Assembly: GCF_009834535.1 (NCBI RefSeq)
Contig: NC_045696.1
Coordinates: 9,550,001-9,614,000, forward strand
From: Camelus ferus
Taxonomy: Eukaryota
Length of the DNA stretch: 64,000 bases
Direction: 5' to 3'
The notes beneath the pieces are model-generated. The model had not been told where the DNA came from and searched no databases. It saw only the letters and a list, made by a program, of their open reading frames with translations. Numbering within the stretch: the first letter of the stretch is position 1; every line of letters begins with the position of its first letter. The position numbers and the translations under genes were made by a program. Of this stretch, positions 12,391-26,316 are shown piece by piece.

Positions 12391-14319
12391 TCTGAGTTTT
12401 TTTATTTTTAAACCATACTTGGTAACCTTGGCTCCATGTGTTCCGGTGGATGCGTATCCTGGAGCCAGCAAGTGCAGGAGCCACAGGTGAGAGGCAGGTG
12501 AAAACCCTCTGGAGTCTGAGAGCTGAGCATACTTCACAGTTCTTTGAAGTTTTGTCTGTTAAGCATGGAATATCAGAATTGGGGTTTTAAAAGAACAATG
12601 CCCATTGAATTATGCACTTTACAGTTTTTTGAGTGCTTTTGTATGTGTTATGTGTAACCTCCACATATCTAACCGTTGTTCTAGAAAACAGGTGCAGCGC
12701 CCGCATGTAAACCCGGCTGTCTCATCAGCGCCCTCTATGGGAACCCCTTGGGCTGCTCACCCAGGGAATCCGTCTGGGCAGCTCCGCGGGGACTGCCTGG
12801 TTGTTATAGCAGCCTCTCGCCGCAGGGTGGCAGAGCAGCCACGGGTACCACGGATCCCGCCCCGCAAGAATCCCGGAGTCCAGAGCTCTGCCTTCAGGGG
12901 TCTCCGGGAGCGCGCGTGGACAGACGCGGGCTAGTGGTGGTAGCATCAGGACAGGCTACGCTGAACTACTGAATCAGTAATTACGGGTGGCACCGAATCA
13001 GAGAGAGAATAAATTGCTGAATTTCTAATGGCTTTGTGGATAAAGTCAGGTCAACCTGCACACATACAGTTTTCACACCTTTTGTGTTTCTTCCTATTGT
13101 GAGGCAGGCGATCTCTCTCACTCAGGGGGACATTTCTACGAGAAGGTGCAAATCAGGGGCAGAGCCGGAGGTCTAGGGGAGTGGATTTAAAATGCTTGAA
13201 AACAGGAATTTCAAACATACTAGCACAGAAATGGCTAGGATTCCCTGTAAAGAGTTAATATGTTCATTGCAAATTCTTCACTCTTTAAAAAAAATAGATT
13301 TGCCTTTTCAATGGGTAATAGACACATAGTGAAAAAACAAAATAAACAAATAAATCATTTAAAAGGATTACTGCCCAGCGGGCAGTAAAAGGATTCTTAG
13401 GTCTCTTTTCAGAGACCTTCTTTGCACATATAAGAACATCCAGCTTTTATATGCAGATGGGGCACAACACACACCAATGTGCATCCTGCTTATTTTTTCC
13501 TGCTTACCAAGATGTTGAAGACTGGTCCTCTTCTAGACATCTGCCTCATTCCTTTTAATGCTTGAATAGGATTGCATTGAATGGATTTCCACCCTGTCTG
13601 TACCATTCCTGTCTTGATGGACATTTAAATGGTTTCCAATTTCTTGCTTGCAGTGACTAGACCAGTACGTATTTCCTGCAGTTACGTTCACTCTTAAGTC
13701 CCCCAAATTCCCAAGAAGGTATGTGTGTTATAAAATTTTAATAATACCAATTGACCTCAGTAATGATAATACTAGTAACTGACTTCGACGAGCTGTCACC
13801 ATGTCGGACACCGTTCGGACTGCTCTGTAAATTGTGGTGAAGGCACTGTGGATAGACCCACTTTACAAATGATCTTTACTTCTCTACTAGTAGTAAATGA
13901 GATCTCTTTATAATTTTAATTTCTATTTCTATCATTATGAATGAGAATGAGCATATTTTTATCTGTTCAAAAGACACGTGTACTTCTTTTTCTGTGACTA
14001 GCTGTCCATGCCTTTTGACCATCTTTCTGTTGAGTTGCTGACCTGTTTTTTTAATGTTAAAAGCCTTTTGATAAGTAAGAAACTTGACACTTTACCACAT
14101 GTGTTGCTAATACTTCCCCCAAATTTATCATTTATTTATATCTTGACTCAGTTGATCGTATTTTGCTTTTGCCACAAATACATTTTTCATTCTTATGTAG
14201 TTGGATTTATCAGTCTTGTCTTTCGTGATTTCTGACTTTTGTGTCATGCTTGGAAAGATGGCCACAATCTGGGATTGTAAAAATAAATCTCCCAAAATAC
14301 CAAAGAAGATTGTGGTAAA

Positions 14320-14580
14320 TGATGCTGTTATGAACATCAGGGTGCATGTATCTTTTTAAGTCAGTTTTTTTCACTTTCCTGGATAAATACCCAGGAGTGG
14401 AATTGCTGGATCACATGGTAGCTCTATCTTTAATTTTTTGAGGACTCTCCATACTGTTTCCCACAGTTGGCTGCACCAGTCTCCTTCCCATCAGCAGTGC
14501 ACGAGGGTTTCCTTTTCGCCACATCCTCACCAACCCTTGTTATCTGTTGTCTTTTTGTTGGCAGCCATTCTGACAGTTGT
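14320..14580 (-). mobile_element. L1 fragment (3' end of ORF2)
   Basis: ggataaatacccaggagtggaattgctggatcacatggtagctctat...ttttgaggactctccatactgtt...catcctcaccaac is standard antisense L1 ORF2 C-terminal sequence. Confidence 0.85.
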
Positions 14581-15619
14581 GGGGCGACTGCATCGCGTTC
14601 CTGCCTGTGCTGAAGTGCTTCCAGCGCTTCACCACTAAGCATAAGTCTAGGTTCTGACTTTGGATGTATTTAATTTAGCTTACTAGGGAAATATCTATCT
14701 TCTTATTGATCAAGATTTTAAAAATCAGGATGGAATTGAAATTGAACAAACACCTGTCTAAAAATCTTTGTAGAGGAACACGTTTTATTTAGACTTATTC
14801 ATATGGTAGATCACATTCATTGACTTCCTAATATTGAGCAATTCTTTCATACTTGGCACGATTGAATTTAGTTGTGATGTTTAATTATTTTAATGTACTA
14901 TTGGCTAATGCTGTATTTAGAATATTTACATCTTTATCCACACGTGAAGCTGGTCTGGGGTTACCTTTTATCGTGGTGGGTTTATCAAGCTGGGTTATCA
15001 TTGATGTACGAGCTTCATCAGAAAAACTGGGACGCTTTCTCCTTTCCGCACGCTCGAGAGCGGTTTTAAAACAGCATCCTTACCAGTGAAGGCTTAGGAG
15101 GGTTCACCTGTGAAATCAGCTAAAGCAGGTGCTTCTCTGGGGGAATGACCCACAAATTTTTCAGCATCTTCTATGGTAACTGTTATTTTCTGATTTTTAG
15201 TCTCTTTTAGGGTCAGTATTGGTCGTTTATATTTTCCTAGAAAATCATTTATTTAGTCAAAGTTTTCAAATTTATTTGCACAGAATTGAGCAGAGGAATC
15301 AAGGAGTCATTTCTTTGATTTCCTCTTTGTCTATTGCTATTTCATTCACAATTCTTATTTTGTATGTTTCTTTTCCTTCTTTTTTCTTTCTTCCTCTCTC
15401 TCTTTCTTCCTCTCTTCCTTTTCCTCCCTCCCTCTCTTTCTTTCCTTCCTTCCTTCTTTCTTTCTTTCAGTAACCAGGTCTTAGATATATTATTAACATT
15501 ATTGTTCTTCTTGTTTCTAAATTCTACTCTTATTCTTTTTAATAACTCCCCTCCCACTTTCTTTAGGGTTATTTTCCATTTCTAACATCTAGAATTAGGT
15601 GGTTAAATTAAAATTTTAA

Positions 15620-16900
15620 AGAAGCCTTATTGAGATATAATTTACATACCATAAAATCTACCCATTGTAAGGGTACAGTTTGATGAGGTTTAGTAAATTT
15701 ATACAATTGTGAACCATTACGACAATCCAGTTTCAGAACATTTCCATCAGGTTAAAAAATTCCCTTGTTCCTGTCTGCAGCAATCCCTGCTTCTACCTCT
15801 GGACCCAGGTAACACTGACCTGCTTTCTGTCCCTGTAATTTTGCCTTTTCTAGAAATTTTATATAGATGGAATCATACAGTATGTGGTCATTTGTGTCTG
15901 GTTTTTTTCACTCAAAATAATGCTTTTGAGATTCATACATGTTTATTGCGGAATAGTGTTCCTTCTAAAAGATATACCACATTTTGGTTTTCCATTCATC
16001 TGTGGATGGACATTTGGACTATTTCCAATTTGAGGCTATTACAACTGGTGCTGATATGAATGTTCGTGTATAAGTATTTATGAATATTTAATCTTTGTGT
16101 AGACATGTATTTTTATTTGTCTTGTGTAGCAATCTAGGAGTGGAATTGCTAAGTCATAGGGTAGGTATATGTTTAATTTTTAAAGAAATGTCTAAGCTGT
16201 TTTCCAGAGTAGCTGTATCTTTGAACATTCCCACCAGCAGCGTACGAGAGTCCCTGTCTCCCCACGTCCTTGCCAACATTCACTATCGTCCACTTTTTAA
16301 ATTACAGCCATTTTAGTGGATGTACAGTGATATCTCACTGCAATTGTGATTTTCATTTCATTAATGACTAACAATGCTGAGCATTTTTTTTGCGTGTTAT
16401 TTGCCATTTGTGTATCCACGTTAGTGAAGTGTCTGTTCAAATCACTTTCGGACTTCTTGTTGAGTTGTTTGTCCTCTCCTTATTAAATTGTGAGACTTTT
16501 CCCTGTGTTCTGAATGTGGTCCTTTATCAGACATGTGACTTGCAAGTATTGCCTACCAGTCTGGGTGACTTGTCTTTTCATTTTCTTAATCGTGTCTTTT
16601 GAAGATCATGTTTTGCATTTTGATGAAATCCTGCTTATCAGGGTTTTTTATTCTTTCATAAATTGTGCTTTTACTCTTATGTCTAAGAAATCCTTGCTTA
16701 ATCGAACATCACAATGATTTTCTTCTATGTGTCTGTCTAGAGGATTTATGGTTTTAGCTCTTACACTGAGGTTAAGCTAAACAACCCATCATGAGTTAAT
16801 GTTTGTGTGTGGTGTAAGATTAGGGTCTCAGTTCATTTTTTTTTAACATGAATATCTAATTGTTTCAGTGCCACTTGTTGAAATGAATGGCCTTTCCCCA
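15620..16900 (-). mobile_element. Old L1 (L1MA/MB-like) 3' region
   Basis: ttattgagatataatttacataccataaaa...gaatcatacagtatg...ggacatttgg...ggagtggaattgct...cattcccaccagcagcgtacgagagt...ttgatgaaatcc; AT-rich and degenerate. Further L1 debris flanks it from about 13.3 to 17.6 kb. Confidence 0.85.
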
Positions 16901-17959
16901 TTTTTTGGTAAATCTATTTTTATTTTTTCTTATTTACTAACGTTAGCTGTATGGCATAGGTTCGGATATGTGCTGTTTTTAATCTGGTTTTAGATATAAT
17001 TTTACTTTTAGTTTTGATTTTCTTTTTTGATCCAAGAATTTTCTGAGGTTTCATTTCCAGATAGAAAAATTTATATTTTTCAATTTAAAAAATTAATTTC
17101 TATTTTTAATAATTGTTGGTAAAGAATATTTCTACTTCAAAAAATGTTCTGAGGTGTCCTTTACAGCCAAATATATGATCTTTTCTGTGTGTGAAAATTC
17201 AATTGTTTTTTTAAAAAAGTGTATTTTGTATGTGATAGAGTTCAATATATATTAAATTAGTTCTGTCTTACAAAATCTGTCAATTATGTATCTTTATTTC
17301 TATACCTTTACTTAAAATATTTGTTTATTTTTTCTATTATGGACTGATAGATACATTTAAATTGCCTGCTTCTATTTTATTGTTATCTTTCATTTTCCAT
17401 AAGTTTTGCTTTATGAATTTTGATGCTATGTTATCTGGTGCATATATGCTAATGACGTTAGATGATCAGAGCAGATTAGTAAGTACATCCTTTTTTATTT
17501 AATGCTTTATGTTTTGAATTCAACATACATGGACATTTTAACATGGAAATTTCTTCTTTCTTTATGTTTATATTTATTTTGTGTGTTTATGCCCATTCTC
17601 TTTCTTTTGATGTAATTAAGCGATATAAAGCTTCCAATTATTAACTAGAACATGCCTGGTACATAGCAAGACTAATTTAGTGTTTGCTGAAAATAAAAAA
17701 TAAAAACAAAGCCCCTTTGTATTTCCTGACTACAAAGTATAATTAGTTATTGTTTGTGTTGGGTTTTTTTTTTCTATCTGCAATAGACAGGTAGGACAAA
17801 TACATTTAGTCTTGATTTATTATCTGGTTTTAGATCATACTTTTTGTTTTTAATGCTTTATTTTTCATTTTTCTTATTTGTTATATTTTCTTTGCTTTGC
17901 ACTTGGGAAGCCTCTGACAATTTGAAATGTTTATAATCTGCTTCTTCCAGTGGTTTTTT

Positions 17960-18237
17960 TTTTTTTTTCCTCATTAAGGTGAAATTCATGTGACATAAAA
18001 GTAATCTTTTTAAAGTATACAATTCAGTGACATCTGGTACATTCACAATATGATGCAACCATCACCTCTGCCTGGTTTCAAAACATTTTCATCACCCCAA
18101 GGGAAATTTCCTACCCATTAAGCATTATTCCCCATTCCTCCTTCTCCTGGCCCCTGGCAGCCACTAGTCTGCTTTCTGTCTTTATGGATTTACCTATTCT
18201 GGACCTGTCACATGAATGGAATCATACAATAAGTGAC
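17960..18237 (-). mobile_element. L1M 3'-end fragment with poly(T) tail
   Basis: A T-run, then ttaaagtatacaattcagtgacat...caaaacattttcatcaccccaa...tctgtctttatggatttacctattctggac...atggaatcatacaata. Confidence 0.8.
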
Positions 18238-21200
18238 TTATGTTCTGTACTTTCTAAAGCTCTCCTGAATCCACGGACTTCTATCCAGCCTTTCTCCCGC
18301 TACCCTCTTGCTTGCATTAAGCCCACAGCTGGCTGACTGGTTTTTCTGCCTCTGGTTTTGTTCCTCTTCGATCCATGCCCTATAATGCAGTCTGTGTGAT
18401 CTAGGACAGGGGGCTTTTGTCTTTTTCTGAGCATGTGCTACAGACTTGCTCAATTACTAGACCCCAGCCCAGTTCTGACTACCCACAGTAGACGCCTGCC
18501 TCAGCCTGGCCAATCAGAGCCATTCTTTGGGATATTCCTGGCTAAAGAGGGAGAAAAGCATCCTCTTTCCCATCTGGTGGTGAAACTACTGGGATGTGAG
18601 TCTGAGTGCCACGTGCCACAAGACAGAGAGAGGCCGAGAGGGAAGGCAGAAATGGACAGTCCTCTCTGGATCTAGCCCTGAGGGCAGCTCTCCCCTGCCC
18701 TCTCTTGCTTACTTGAACCTGTGGAGTTTCCCTTTTTGCTAACTCCTGTTTGAATTTGGTTCTGCATCCCAGAGCATCCTGATGGGAACCATCATTACAG
18801 ACAAGACTCATGGGACCTAATAACAGCACGACTTTGTTTTGTGCTCCCACTTCTTTAGTTCTGCTCTGTGGCCTCTACACAGTGTGCCCCTAGAGTCAGG
18901 TTGGGAAGATGGTCTTAATTCAGTAATGAAGATGTGCAGTCTTATGTCATAAGCAAAACCCCGAACTCCATCTCAGGTTGAGGCTCCCCCGTCTCCAGCT
19001 GGGGCTGTAGGGGCAGGAGAACTGCAGGGGGATAGTGGGCAGCCTTCTGCCTTTCAGCACTGTCCTTCTGCTCCTCACCTTGTACTGTGGTGTCTGACCT
19101 CCCTGGGGCCAAAGCAAGGGAACGGGAGAGAGCTAATGGAGCAGAACGGTCCTATATGTCAGCTATGTGGTGGAAGTAGCAACAGGTGAGTGTTTAGAGC
19201 TAATGTCCTCTCTTGTGGGTACATTTTTGAAGACTTGTTGAGCATCATCTGACAGACTGCACAGGGCTGGTGTTCAACAGCGACCCCATGTGGCAGCAGG
19301 AGGAAACAGCAGCAGAGGGTTATTCAGATGCTAGTCCTCTGGGCTTGGCTGAAGAAGCCAGACTGTCCTCCCTCCCTACTCTGGACAAAGTTCCTGGGAG
19401 TCCTGGTCAACCTGGGAGGCCTTAAGAGTGAGATAAATATAGGATTTCCTGCTAACGAGGAAGGTGAGGGCTCAATTAATTAACTGGGAGAAGAAATAAA
19501 GCGTGACTGTATTTGCCCCTTGGAGTGGTTCATGTCGTCACAATTAACTATTCTTTGTTTACAGCTGAGGTTCAGGGCAGTGAAGTAACTTGACCACAGT
19601 CCCTCAGTTAGTAAATGATAAAGCCCCAATGAGAACCTGGGTTCTCTAATTCCAAAGGCTCTGAGTTTCCCTCTGCACCTCCCTGGAGACAGAAGTGACA
19701 TTTAATGTTCCTAAATGCTAGGGGACGACAGTGAAGGTAAAAGGAAAGGCAAGAATGACATATAAGTTAAAGATTTTTTAAAATATGAAAAACATCTTTT
19801 AATTGTCCTCTGGGAAGTTGTACCCCCTGCAAAGGCAGAAACGTCCAGAATCTACATCCTTGGCCACAGGTGTCCTGGACATCAGCTTGAATGACCTTTT
19901 GCACTGCAGTGTGTCAGAATTGGTTAGTGGGGTCTGCCTCCCAAGCCCCCCAAAAATACTTCTTAGGAAGAAGGCCAAGTGTGGATATGGGCATTTATTT
20001 ATTTACATTTTAGAAAATGCTGGTTCTGGTCCCCCAGAATGCAAAAACACTTGTTTCTTTTTTTTTTTTTTTTTTTTTCTCTATTTCAGAAAGTCAAATC
20101 CACATCACTGTCACCTTGGCTCCCAATTTAGACATTCTCTAAGCTGACTGGCCCTTCAGTGGACAAAAAACCGCCATGGCCCCCTGGGAGAGTTCAAGTT
20201 CTAATGTCAAAGGAGCCAGGGGGTATTGGGGTCCTTGCTCCCGGGACTGTAGCTTACTGCATGAGTGGCTTTGCTTGATTGCCTTTAGGTTGGCATTGGT
20301 CTAGACTGAACCAGAAGGCCAGAGGAGACACACATCAGTGGGAAGGAAATTCTTGGCCCACGTGATGGTCCATTTCACTGTTATGTAAGCACTCGAGAAC
20401 GACAGAGTTGGCGTCACCCACCCTGCATAAGAAGGCAGGCAGCTGCCCAGCCCCGTGACCATGATCTTGGCCACCCCTCCCCCTCCCCGCCGGGCACAGG
20501 GCACTTTTCATTAAATGGTGTCATGTGGCTCCAGCCACGACAGAATAGAGAACTCTTCTTAAAAACAGTGTTTATATGTTTCTAGATAAACCTTAAACTT
20601 CATTTCCCCATCGCCTTTCAGGGCCTTCCATGTTAACCAGCAGGGTGGGGTTTGCAAGGACATATAAGATGCATGCAGGCAAGTGCACACAGCTCTGTGA
20701 AGTGCCCCGCAATGATGAACTCCTGAGACAGGGCATGTCCATCGTGCCCCCTCTAGCCATCCTCAGCTGGAGGATATTCATTACCCTGACTTCTCACAGC
20801 ATCATTTAATGTTGGCCAAGAGAGGGTTTCAAGGTTATGGCTTTGCCTCAGCAGTGACAGTCTACAGTTCAGACTGGAGGGCAAGCAATAGGGAGAATTC
20901 AAGGGACTCTGGGTCCAGCTTGAAGGTGACATTCAGGGCGTGGAAGGGGAACGCCTTTGTGGCCAGACATCCCACCTCTGTCACCTGCGAGCTGTGTGAC
21001 ATTGGCCAAGTCAATTCTCTGAGCGTGAAAGGGTGTTCCCCTCTTTAAGTGGCAACGCTACTCCTGCCTCACAGGGATTCCAAGAGGCAGAAACCAGGAG
21101 GAAACTGCCTGGCCCAGGGCTATTCCCTGACGTCAGTGGCCCCTTTACAATTTGGATGAGATCATGGGACATCTTTCCTTACATCTCCCTCGTTTTCCTG

Positions 21201-22084
21201 GAGCTTTTCCCTCCCTACATCCCATGCCAACATCCTGCTGAGTCAAATGCTGATACCTTCTGACTTCACAGATGACAGACTCTCCGAAGCCTCCACCTCT
21301 TGTGTGCCAGCTACCCGGGCATGTCCTCCCTCTCCCGAGGAAGCTGGCACTGGCATCCTTCCCGTTCAGACACCTCCACAAGGAGCAGCTCTTCCCAGAC
21401 GCCACCCCGGGCTGCCTCCCAGGGACCAGAGGGCATCAGACCCTGCTGTCCCTCCACCTTGCAGGTAAGAAACTGCAGCTCTCAGAGGGGAGAGGACTTG
21501 CTCAGGGTCACAGAGCCAGGGCACGGCAAGGACTTGAGCCCTGACTCCCAACCCTTATCATTGCATTTGCCCTTTATCATGAAGGATCTCCAAGCTGCCC
21601 CTTCTTACCTCTCATGGTCAGTGTTGGGATTCTCTGCCTGTGTGGCAGAGCTGGAGGGGCCATGGTCCAGCCATCCCACAGCAAGAGACAGGCAGAGCCT
21701 AAACACGACTTTGACAAGGATTTACATTTAATGAATAGATGTGTTCAGCATGGTGAAACTTCTTTATACTCATAAAGAATAAATAGGGAGAACTCTCACT
21801 CCCATTCCTGCCCTTCATCTACCCAGTTCTCAGCATCCCCTTCTCCAACCAGGTTGCTCCTGCTCTTACTTTCTTGGGCATCCTCAAAGTGGCTCTTCAA
21901 TGCCTATACAAGCAAAATCAGATCTGGATGACTTCCCCCTACTGTTTTAGATAGATGGTAACATACTCTCTTCTTTGCAGTTTTCATTCGACAATGCATC
22001 TTGGAGATCTTCATACACCGGTACATGAATAGCGTCCTCATTTCTTTCTCATGGCTGTGTAGTATCCCCTTGTATACTTATATT

Positions 22085-22630
22085 ACTGAAATACAACTCA
22101 CGTCCCATAAAACTCACCCAAGTTAATAAAGTCTACAATTCAATGGCTTTTAGTATGCTCACAGATATTCACAGATGTCACCACAATCATTAAACACTTT
22201 TTCACCCCCAAAAGAAGTCCTGTACCCCTTAGTTATCACCCCCCCAGCCCCCCACTCCAACCCTAGGCAACCACTGATCTACTTTCTGCCATAAATATTT
22301 GCTTATTCTTGACATTTCATATAAATGGAATCATAAAACATGTTGTTCTTTGTAACTGGCTTCTTTCACTTAGCATAATGCTTCCAAGGGTCATCCATGT
22401 TGTAGCATAAATCAGTGCTTGGTTCTTTGTTTATTGACAAATATAATATTCCATTGTATGAAGAGACCACACTTTACTTATCTGTTCATCAATCGATGGA
22501 CATTTGGACAGTTTCCACGTTTTAGCGTTTATGAATCATGTTGCCGTGAACATTCACATGCAGGTTTTTTCTGGATGTGTTCCCATTTCTCCTGGGTGTA
22601 TACCTAGGCATGGAATTGCTGGATCCTATG
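22085..22630 (-). mobile_element. L1M 3'-end fragment
   Basis: tacaattcaatggcttttagtat...ctaggcaaccactgatctactttctg...ggcttctttcacttagcataatg...gatggacatttgg...acctaggcatggaattgctggatc. Confidence 0.85.
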
Positions 22631-23499
22631 GCCTGTTTGTTAATTTACTTATCCAGTCCCTCATTGATGGAAATTTGATCAAATTATATCTTAAAAGCCA
22701 GTGAGTCTTACAAGTGAGGCAGGTCAGGGCCACATTAGTGAGGATTCAGGCAACAAGGTCTGCATCATAGAAGCTGCCTGAGTGTTTTGATCTTTCTTCC
22801 CTGTGATCCCTTTTCTCCTAGACTCTTGTTCCCCAACTTCCAGTTAAATCTACTTCAATTCCAATATGACCTGTGACTCAGGCATGTGGGAAAGAGGAGC
22901 CCATCGCCCACTGATCCCTGAGGGGACCTGGGCCCTCCACCATGTCCTCCTGCACAGGCTCCCTCCAGACCATTTCCTCATCTGGGAGGCAGTCCAAAAG
23001 GAAGATGGTGACTCTTGATCATGGAGTTTCCTGGCTATCACAACGGGTCTCAGCCACACCTGCAACAGGTGCAGGACAGGGAATTTCAGGAGCCACCCAG
23101 GCTCTAAGCCAGCCTCAGAGAGCTTCCCGCCACCTCAGCCCCAGATGGGACCTGCGAGAGCTGGTGACTCCTTGGTACCAGCATGTTTTCAAACAACACT
23201 TTCACCTTAGATCTTCTCACCAAGCCAAAGCCAGGACGTGATTTTTGTTCTGAGCTGACAGAAGATGGATCGACTTTGATCCTCTGATTAATTGAATGAC
23301 AGAAGATTAGTCCAGTTTCTCTCTGCTAAGTTTCTACTTGGTACTGACCTAAGATTCTTTGGATATCACATTACTCTCTGCTTTTGAATCTCAGTGCAGC
23401 CTGACTTCAGTAGGACGGTGATCAATCAGCAAAAAACCTTCTTTTTTCGTGGCAGCCACTTAAACTGGCCTCCCTAGGAGTCAAGGAAAAGACCATCTG

Positions 23500-23506
23500 A
23501 TGGAAT
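23500..23506 (+). CDS. SMIM34: SMIM34 first coding microexon (ATG GAA T | gtgagt)
   Basis: ATGGAAT is followed by a consensus donor GTGAGT at 23507. The phase-1 T joins GG at 26317-26318 to give M-E-W, matching the MEW N-terminus I recall for human SMIM34A. The downstream exon has no in-frame ATG (in-frame TAA at 26238). Confidence 0.85.
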
Positions 23507-24779
23507 GTGAGTATTCTGCTCCGACGCAAGGGCGAGCTGTTCTAGAATTTCTCATACATTTCACATTATTAAATCGTAAGTGTAAAATGACACAGATGAA
23601 AAGGTTTGTCTCTTCTATATAGAGAAGGTACCATCTAACTGACTCATATATTTAATAAGACAGTGAAGAATAATGTACTGAAATAGTTAAAATAGTGTGT
23701 TTATTTCATGTGGAAAATGGACTGGTTTTCAAATGATTTAATGCTCTGTAGTTCTTAGTTGGGTATATTTTATATGTATTTGAACATATCACATCATTCT
23801 ATAACAATTGACAGAAAGGTCTATGCATTTATACATGTGTCCCAAGTTTAAACAAGTTCTTTTGCCCTAACTAAGGTTTATGATGTCTGTGTTAGGTTGA
23901 TTTTTTTGAAATAATTACGGGAATGTTTTCTTCCCTATTTAAGTTCTCAAACCATTCCATCAACAGTGGTATAAGATTCCTGGTCATTGTACTATTTCTT
24001 ATGAGCGACCAATTTTATATCCTGCAATCTGTCAGTTTGGGCTTTGCGACATGTGATTTCTGCAGTTATTTTAAAATAGTTTCTCCCTTTATCTCAAAGT
24101 AATAAGATTATTCATTCATTCAGCAATTAACTATAATGAAAAATATTGGTCTCTCTGAGCCTTGCATTAGCAATATAAACTAGCAACAAGCAAACATCAA
24201 GTAGAAAGCACTTATGGAACACCTTTGGTCTACCTGACAGGCTATGGGATTTATCCTATGACATGTCTGAATACATCTGGGTTCACATTGAGCAAGAAAT
24301 GAGGATCTGAACCCATAAAACTCAGCTGGAAAATGTCTCACAGGATTAGGTACTACTTCTCTGACTTTTATCATTTCATTTTCACTTGCTCCCCTAGTAG
24401 AGAAAACAGTTTTGAAATAAACAGCAGTTAAGATCTTAATCTTCTGGTCTTGGAAGGTCACTTGGTGTCTTTACCCAGAGGCACTTCACCAAGGAGGCCA
24501 GAAAAGTGCCCATTTGTACTCTCCCATTTTTAAAATTAATTTCTTTGTGAAAATACACATGGTACAAAATGTACAAAAGGGCATCAGGGGGAAGTACACC
24601 TCCTTCCCCCAATTCCTTCCCCCTGGGCAACCACAGGTACCAATTTCTTGTGTATTCTCCCAGAGATATGTTACACATGTATAAGCTTCAAACAAATCAC
24701 ATAACCCCCTTTATGTGTAGGATTGTATCATCTATATCACTGTACACATTTTTATTTGTTAATATTTAGTACCAAGAAA

Positions 24780-26130
24780 GCTCATTGTTACTTCTTGTGG
24801 CTATATAGTACTCCACTGCATGGAGATTCTAAAATATGTTAAACCATCCCCCATTTGATGCTACTCAGGTTGTTCTTCAGCATATAAGCAATGCTACAAT
24901 GACTAACCTTAAACGTGCACTGTTTTGGACATGTTCCAGCATATTTTTAGGATAAATTCCTACAGGTAGAATTGTTGGGTTCAGGGTAAATGTGTAATGT
25001 CAATAGATCTTCTCAATGTGTCTTCCATATTGGTTGTATAAAGTTACACTCTCACCAGCAATTAAACAAAGGCCCGATAGCCCTGCAGACATATCCAGTG
25101 TGTTCTGAAGCATCATGAGTTTGCAAACCTGATAGATAACAAAATGTTATCTCTCTGTAGTTTTAATTTGCATTTCTTTTACTATGAGTGACACTGAAAA
25201 GCTTTCTTTATGCTCAAGGTCCATTTCTTTTTCCCACCTAATTGTCCACATCTTTGCACATTTTTCTACTGGGGTTTTGGACATCTTCTTATAGAACTGA
25301 AGGCGATTAACAAGTTTAGTGACATAAGTTGCAGCTCTCCTCCAGTTTGTCATTTGTCTTTTGGTTTTATTATATGCAATCACTTTAAACTTTTCTATGT
25401 AGTTGAAGTTATATTTTCTTTCTTTCTTCTTTTTTTCCATCTCAGAATTTTTGTGTAGGCTTAGCAAGGGATACCCCACTCCAGGATGATAAAGGAAAAA
25501 AGTCTACCATGCTTTTTTTCTAGTGCTTTAAATTGTTTCTTTTTTTTAATGTGAAAATCTTTGATTTATCTGGACTTTTCTTGGACATAAGGTAAGAGCT
25601 ATGCATCCAGTGCTATCTTGTTCTAATGCTGCTTGTTGAAGAATCCATCCTTTCCTTCCTGATCCTAAATGCCCCTTTATTATCTACTAAATTCCAATTC
25701 CAGTTCTACTGATGTCGTTACGCTGTTCTGTTGGTCTGTCTGTGTATCATATCACACTGTTTCAGCTATGGTAGTTTTACAGGGAGACTTTTTAGGGAGA
25801 AGAGACCCCCCATGCCATTTGCAAAGCCCAGTAAGCCCCAGCTGGGCTGTGGGCGAATAAGGCACTCATTCATTCAAAGAAAAAAAAGAAAAGAAAACTT
25901 ATTTTTCTGGCTGACTAGTTATAAATTTCTAGCGAGGCTGATTTCCACTCATCAGTCTTTCTTTCAGATTTTTCCTAATTCGTCTTGTTAGTTGCTTTTT
26001 CAGTAATGCATAGTTTGTCTATTTCACAAAGAAATCCTACTGATACTTGTATTGCAATTACGTTGGTTGTACGGATTATTTTAGGGACAACTGACATCTT
26101 TATGATGTTGTGTCTCCTATTCCAGAACTT
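24780..26130 (-). mobile_element. Degenerate L1 in the SMIM34 intron
   Basis: Minus-strand translations SVSLIVKEMQIKTTER and HNIIKMSVVPKIIRTTNVIAIQVSVGFLCEIDKL resemble the L1 ORF2 motifs SSLIIREMQIKTT and [23 protein letters not shown]. Confidence 0.75.
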
Positions 26131-26316
26131 GGTGTTTTGAACTCTTTTGATTTTTAAAAATATATTGACATACATGTTGTTAGGCACCTGCCTATTGAAT
26201 AGAGTCTCTTCCAGCAGTCCCATTTCCCCAGCTGATGTAAGGACACTGTCATTGGCTTAGCCAGGCAGCCTTCAGCACAGAATGCTGGGTCTCATGTGGA
26301 CCTCTCTGTTTCTCAG

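Noticed and set aside
22942..23241. 99-aa ORF with a good Kozak context (ccaccATG) just upstream of the SMIM34 start
   Set aside because: No recognisable domain, TM segment or compositional signal. It could be a uORF, but nothing in the sequence supports that.
24280..24340. LSKK*GSEP-like translation considered as a KCNE pseudogene fragment
   Set aside because: No preceding TM segment in frame and too short to be distinguished from chance.
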